Origin: Chlamydiota bacterium
GTDB lineage: Bacteria > Chlamydiota > Chlamydiia > Chlamydiales > Rhabdochlamydiaceae
DNA: 57,855 bases
Direction: 5' to 3'
Assembly (NCBI GenBank): GCA_947505635.1
Contig: CANNLR010000001.1
Coordinates: 1-57,855 of the forward strand
Below, one piece after another: positions 54,497 through 57,855 of this stretch (its first letter is position 1; every line of letters starts with the position of its first letter). Below the pieces are notes generated by a model that did not search any database, was not told the origin of the DNA, and was given only the letters and a program-made list of their open reading frames with translations. The position numbers were made by a program, and so were the translations under genes.

Positions 54497-56014
54497 ATGT
54501 CTGTTGAGGAAAAAAAATTTGGAGTTCTTAGATCTTTGTTTTGGCCGGTGCATCGGTCAGAAGTGAAAAAAGTTGTATCTATGTTGATTTTACTTTTTTT
54601 ACTGTGTATTTGTTACAACCTCTTAAGAAACCTTAAAGATACAATTGTGCTGACGGCAAAGCATTCGGGGGCTGAAGCTATTCCTTTTTTGAAGGTTTGG
54701 GGGATTTTACCAGGAGCCATTGCAGCGACTTGGGTATATACAAGGTTGGCCAGGCATTTTTCAAAAGAGTCTGTTTTTTATATTGTGGTTGCTAGTTTTC
54801 TTCTTTATTTTCTTTTATTTACATTCGTTATTCACCCTAACAGCGAAGTCTTACATTTAGACACCTTTGGAAATTGGTTGACTTCTCATGTGCCTACAGG
54901 TTTTAAGGGAATGATTGCCATGATTCGCAACTGGACGTTCACTTCTTTTTACGTCATTTCGGAGCTTTGGGCCACGGTTGTTTTGACAGTGTTATTCTGG
55001 GGATTTGCTAACGATAGTACAGAAATTTCTCAAGCTAAGAGAACGTATGGAATTTTGAATATAGGTTCTAATGTAGCTCCTATTTTAGGAGGGGGTATTG
55101 GGATTTTATGCGGAAGTGCTTTTTCTTCTTCAGCTCAAGACATGTGGAGACAGACTTTGGTTAGCACAACATTGACGTTGACCTGTTTAGGTTTAATTGC
55201 TATTGGCGTTTTCTATTGGATTAACCGGAACGTTATTATAAAAGAAGAGTCTAAGCCTATTCAAGGCGAACCTGTTATAAAAAAAGAAAAACTAAAGTTG
55301 TCGATCAGGGAAAGTATTAAATATATCTCCAAATCAAAATACTTACTTTGTCTAGCGATGATTGTCCTTGGATATAATATATCTATTAATGTGACGGATA
55401 TCTTATGGAAAGAACAGTTAACGAGATTCTTTTTTTTAAAGCCTAATGAAATGCTTAGGCATATGAATATGATCACAATGGGAACGGGTATTGTAGCTAC
55501 TCTGTGTGGAGCCCTATTTTCTGTTATGGTAAGTAGGTTAGGTTGGACTTTTGTCGCTATATTAACTCCTTTAGTTATGATGGTCATGGCTGTTGGCTTT
55601 TTCACTTTTCTTTTTTGTGGGGATGCCCTAACGAGTTTTGCTATGATTCTGTTTGGAGCCTCTCCCTTTGCTCTAACGGTGTATTTTGGTTCCTTGCAAA
55701 ATTGCTTAAGTAAAGCAGGCAAGTATTCGGTCTTTGATGCTTCAAAAGAACTAGCCTTCTTGCCGTTGGATGCGGACTCTAAATTGCGTGGGAAAGCAGC
55801 TATTGACGGACTAGGAGCTGGGGTCGGTAAATCAGGAGCTTCTTTGACTTATCAAGGATTAATCATTATTTTAGGTGGGATTGGCGCTTCTACTCCCTAT
55901 ATTTCAGGGATTTTGTTTGTTGTTTTAGGCGCTTGGATTCTTTCTGTTATGAGGCTTGGAGGATTATTTAAGCAGGTTGTTTTAAAAGAACCTACTCAAG
56001 TGAGAGCTCTTTAG
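54497..56014 (+). CDS. ntt: TLC-family nucleotide transporter (NTT)
   Basis: MSVEEKKFGVLRSLFWPVHRSEVKKV..YNLLRNLKDTIVLTAKHSGAEAIPFLKVWGILP..FWGFANDSTEISQAKRTYG is a classic ADP/ATP-translocase (TLC) N-terminus. I prefer ATG 54497 over the TTG track start at 54446. Confidence 0.88.
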   Translation: MSVEEKKFGVLRSLFWPVHRSEVKKVVSMLILLFLLCICYNLLRNLKDTIVLTAKHSGAEAIPFLKVWGILPGAIAATWVYTRLARHFSKESVFYIVVASFLLYFLLFTFVIHPNSEVLHLDTFGNWLTSHVPTGFKGMIAMIRNWTFTSFYVISELWATVVLTVLFWGFANDSTEISQAKRTYGILNIGSNVAPILGGGIGILCGSAFSSSAQDMWRQTLVSTTLTLTCLGLIAIGVFYWINRNVIIKEESKPIQGEPVIKKEKLKLSIRESIKYISKSKYLLCLAMIVLGYNISINVTDILWKEQLTRFFFLKPNEMLRHMNMITMGTGIVATLCGALFSVMVSRLGWTFVAILTPLVMMVMAVGFFTFLFCGDALTSFAMILFGASPFALTVYFGSLQNCLSKAGKYSVFDASKELAFLPLDADSKLRGKAAIDGLGAGVGKSGASLTYQGLIIILGGIGASTPYISGILFVVLGAWILSVMRLGGLFKQVVLKEPTQVRAL

Positions 56015-56980
56015 AAGTTCTTCTTGAAAGCCTGTTATAGATAACGCCCCTCCCGAATGGATCCATAGGGCCGGCTTTTCAGTTATGAGCTCTTCAGCTG
56101 TAAGGTAAAGCTTTGCTGTGTAAAGAGGGTCTAGGAAGAAGCCTTCTTCTCTTGCAACTCTCGTGATGGTTTCAAAGACTTTTTTATTGCAGGATCCAAA
56201 GCTTTTAGCGGTTATAGGGAAGGTTGTTTGATAATTGTCTATAAGAGGAACTGTTTCTTGCAGAGCCTCTTCTAAGATGGATTGGAAAAAAAGAAGTTCT
56301 TTAAGAAAGCTTTCCTTCGTTCCTGCTAATAAAACAACAGTGATTTGAATCTTTTTTTGCAGGTAGGTTAGTCCTAGAATCAAAGCCGCGGCTGTAAGGC
56401 CAGTTCCTGCGTCAACAAAGATGTGGTTGAATTCTTTTCCTGTTTCTTTTTCATTCGCCAAAATATCTAAAGCTAATGTTAAGGCTCCAAAAAAACCTTC
56501 TTTCATGCAGCCTCCTAAAGGGATCCAAAAGAATGTTTTTTGTAGGGCCTCTTCCCATGATTGTATCCAAGATTTTGATAAAGAATCGGGAGCTTTTTCA
56601 ATCCAGATGAGTTCTCCTTTAGTAAGAAGAAGAGAGAGAAAAAAGAAATTCCCTTGAGGAGCTCCTGTTTTTGGCTTTTCTAAAAAGAGTTGATAGGGAA
56701 GGTTTTCTTGTTTGAGCAGTTGTACTAAAGAAAGGATGTGATTGGAATAGGCAGAACCTACTAAAGCAATGGTCGTATTCTTGTTTTTTTTAAGAATGGG
56801 AAGGATCGATGCATATTTTCTCAGTTTGGAGCCGCTAACACTAAAGCTCAATTCATCTTCTCTTTTTACGTAAAGATCACTTTTTTGCATCTTATGCACT
56901 CTAGAATGCAGATTGAAAGAGGAAGAGGTGTGTAGATTGCAAAGTTCTTGTAACTTGTGTAGAGCGTCAGGTTTTGTCAT
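55982..56980 (-). CDS. PLP-dependent ACC deaminase / D-cysteine desulfhydrase-family enzyme
   Basis: LYVKREDELSFSVSGSKLRKY (PLP-lysine block, compare KRDD..GNKxRKL), GSAYSNH, IFVDAGTGLTAA. Confidence 0.7.
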   Translation of the reverse strand: MTKPDALHKLQELCNLHTSSSFNLHSRVHKMQKSDLYVKREDELSFSVSGSKLRKYASILPILKKNKNTTIALVGSAYSNHILSLVQLLKQENLPYQLFLEKPKTGAPQGNFFFLSLLLTKGELIWIEKAPDSLSKSWIQSWEEALQKTFFWIPLGGCMKEGFFGALTLALDILANEKETGKEFNHIFVDAGTGLTAAALILGLTYLQKKIQITVVLLAGTKESFLKELLFFQSILEEALQETVPLIDNYQTTFPITAKSFGSCNKKVFETITRVAREEGFFLDPLYTAKLYLTAEELITEKPALWIHSGGALSITGFQEELLKSSHLSRFF

Positions 56981-57473
56981 TAAAACGAATGCCTACTTTA
57001 GTGAGAAGATAGCGCAAAACTAAAACGGGATGTTTTAGAAGAAGTTTACAAAGAATCCAGTAAGTAACACCTTCAATTTTTTTAGTCAAAATTTCTTGTT
57101 TTTCTAAAAGAGCATCAGCAATCCAAAGAGGAAAGGGTGGAGGTAAGTGAGAGGGGAGATTTGCAACAGGAAAGTAGCGAATATTCCTTGCTTCGGAATT
57201 AAGAGTAGCAAATCCTCCAATGATCCTGCATTCAAAAAAATATGTTTTTTGTGTAAGGCTATTGACAGGCAGGTATTTTGCTATTTGTCTTATGATTTCG
57301 ACTTGATACCCAGTTTCCTCTTCAACCTCTCTTAAAGCCCCTTCTGCTGGGGTTTCTTTAGGGTCTAGCCCTCCGCCAGGAAGAACCCAAACAGGGAGGT
57401 CTCTTCTTTGGACAAGAAGTACATTTTTTTTATTTTCACTAAATATGATGCCATAAACGGCTTGAGGATCCAT
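56967..57473 (-). CDS. Nudix hydrolase
   Basis: Nudix box GGGLDPKETPAEGALREVEEETGY. It overlaps the downstream PLP-enzyme gene by 14 nt. Confidence 0.85.
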   Translation of the reverse strand: MDPQAVYGIIFSENKKNVLLVQRRDLPVWVLPGGGLDPKETPAEGALREVEEETGYQVEIIRQIAKYLPVNSLTQKTYFFECRIIGGFATLNSEARNIRYFPVANLPSHLPPPFPLWIADALLEKQEILTKKIEGVTYWILCKLLLKHPVLVLRYLLTKVGIRFNDKT

Positions 57474-57540
57474 TTTTTCCTTGCTAAAAAGAGAGGCTTG
57501 CTTCTCAATAGAAGTTTACAGAAAGAAGCCATATAATTTC

Positions 57541-57855
57541 ATGCAAAAATTAACAATTTTATTGATTACAGCAGTTTTGTTCAGTGGGTGTCAGAAATAC
57601 TATATTTCTATTGCTCAAGAAAGTGTTGATAAAGATTATTTAGCAAGTGTAGCTCTCGGCACGCCAGATTCTAGACAAACCCATCCTCCTTTAGGAGAGA
57701 AGTTAATTATAGAATGGAAGGTTTCTAAAGAGGATCTAACTCGTAAGCCTTCTTTGTATTTACATGTAATTTACAAAGACTACACAGAAGCATTTTTTAC
57801 TTATCCAATGCGCTATAAGCTGGATTATGCTGTATATAGTCTTTTAGGAGAGGAA
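57541..57855 (+). CDS. Putative lipoprotein (5' part; runs off the right edge)
   Basis: Not in the ORF track (no stop in the window). ATG 57541 gives MQKLTILLITAVLFSGCQKYYIS.., with lipobox LFSGC. The frame is open for 105 codons to the window end. Confidence 0.6.
   Translation, partial: MQKLTILLITAVLFSGCQKYYISIAQESVDKDYLASVALGTPDSRQTHPPLGEKLIIEWKVSKEDLTRKPSLYLHVIYKDYTEAFFTYPMRYKLDYAVYSLLGEE

Noticed and set aside
846-56657. Many 60-150-aa ORFs nested antisense or out of frame in large genes (e.g. 846..1031, 4973..5158, 5417..5602, 5528..5755, 8588..8800, 13331..13531, 14559..15154, 16781..16990, 18370..18564, 21203..21391, 21971..22162, 23032..23232, 24114..24404, 25304..25495, 26701..26982, 27036..27314, 27660..27851, 28065..28286, 29933..30124, 31071..31259, 31750..31953, 32890..33132, 33753..33941, 35449..35703, 36739..37169, 42004..42207, 43589..43816, 44542..44799, 44970..45188, 45636..45827, 46053..46322, 46572..46784, 47477..47716, 48566..49012, 51959..52264, 53072..53568, 53797..54252, 55261..55722, 56421..56657, 57147..57335)
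   Set aside because: Each is fully contained in, or mostly overlaps, a longer ORF with clear family motifs. None shows a motif or SD of its own.
1-57855. tRNA, rRNA, tmRNA, SRP RNA or RNase P RNA genes
   Set aside because: I scanned all intergenic gaps over 70 nt by eye for T-arm (GGTTCGAATCC-like) and other conserved motifs and found none. This cannot exclude unstructured small RNAs.
1-57855. Mobile elements (IS, integrase, prophage, conjugative genes)
   Set aside because: No transposase, integrase or recombinase-like ORF is present, and I saw no long terminal inverted repeats. Only small palindromic repeats are reported above.

Overview
Low-GC bacterial chromosomal segment (about one third G+C by eye), densely coded on both strands. 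I support about 55 protein genes. I found no rRNA, tRNA, CRISPR array, transposase or integrase. The gene content points to an environmental, amoeba-associated member of the Chlamydiae (Parachlamydiaceae-like). This placement is inferred from gene content only. Supporting genes are two TLC-type nucleotide transporters (NTT), UhpC hexose-phosphate transporter, TyrP and BrnQ amino-acid importers, a SEC-C-tagged methionine aminopeptidase, a MOMP/Legionella-type beta-barrel porin, and chlamydia-like L34, L36 and S14 genes. Housekeeping genes include msrBA (partial), prs, an rlmK-like methyltransferase, two ABC-F ATPases flanking a DEAD-box helicase, uvrD/pcrA, rnpA-rpmH, rpmJ-rpsN, uvrC, truA, rpmB, sthA, clpB, a cyclophilin, Nudix, M20 peptidase and a Zn-ADH. 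Two ribosomal protein genes (rpmH, rpmJ) and the edge-truncated msrBA are absent from the supplied ORF track and were found by hand translation. The items most worth a second look are listed below.
1. A translationally coupled map-GNAT-map operon.
2. Two tandem GT8-like DXD glycosyltransferase paralogs preceded by an internally deleted relic of a third copy.
3. A BlaI-like repressor and a sensor-less M56 (BlaR1-like) protease with a downstream secreted protein, while a complete class D (OXA-type) beta-lactamase-fold protein is encoded 24 kb away.
4. Two unrelated P-loop ATPase / PD-(D/E)xK nuclease fusion genes, one preceded by a duplicated 15-bp-stem hairpin.
5. Normally cytosolic enzymes carrying export signals: PRPP synthetase and a Mesh1/SpoT-type HD hydrolase with an altered ED motif.
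6. A neutral-ceramidase-like secreted enzyme.
7. A eukaryotic-like kinase-fold protein.
8. A G9/C9 homopolymer inside an Inc-like gene.
9. A 48-bp coding tandem repeat in the helicase tail.
All functional calls rest on motif recognition by eye. No database search was run.
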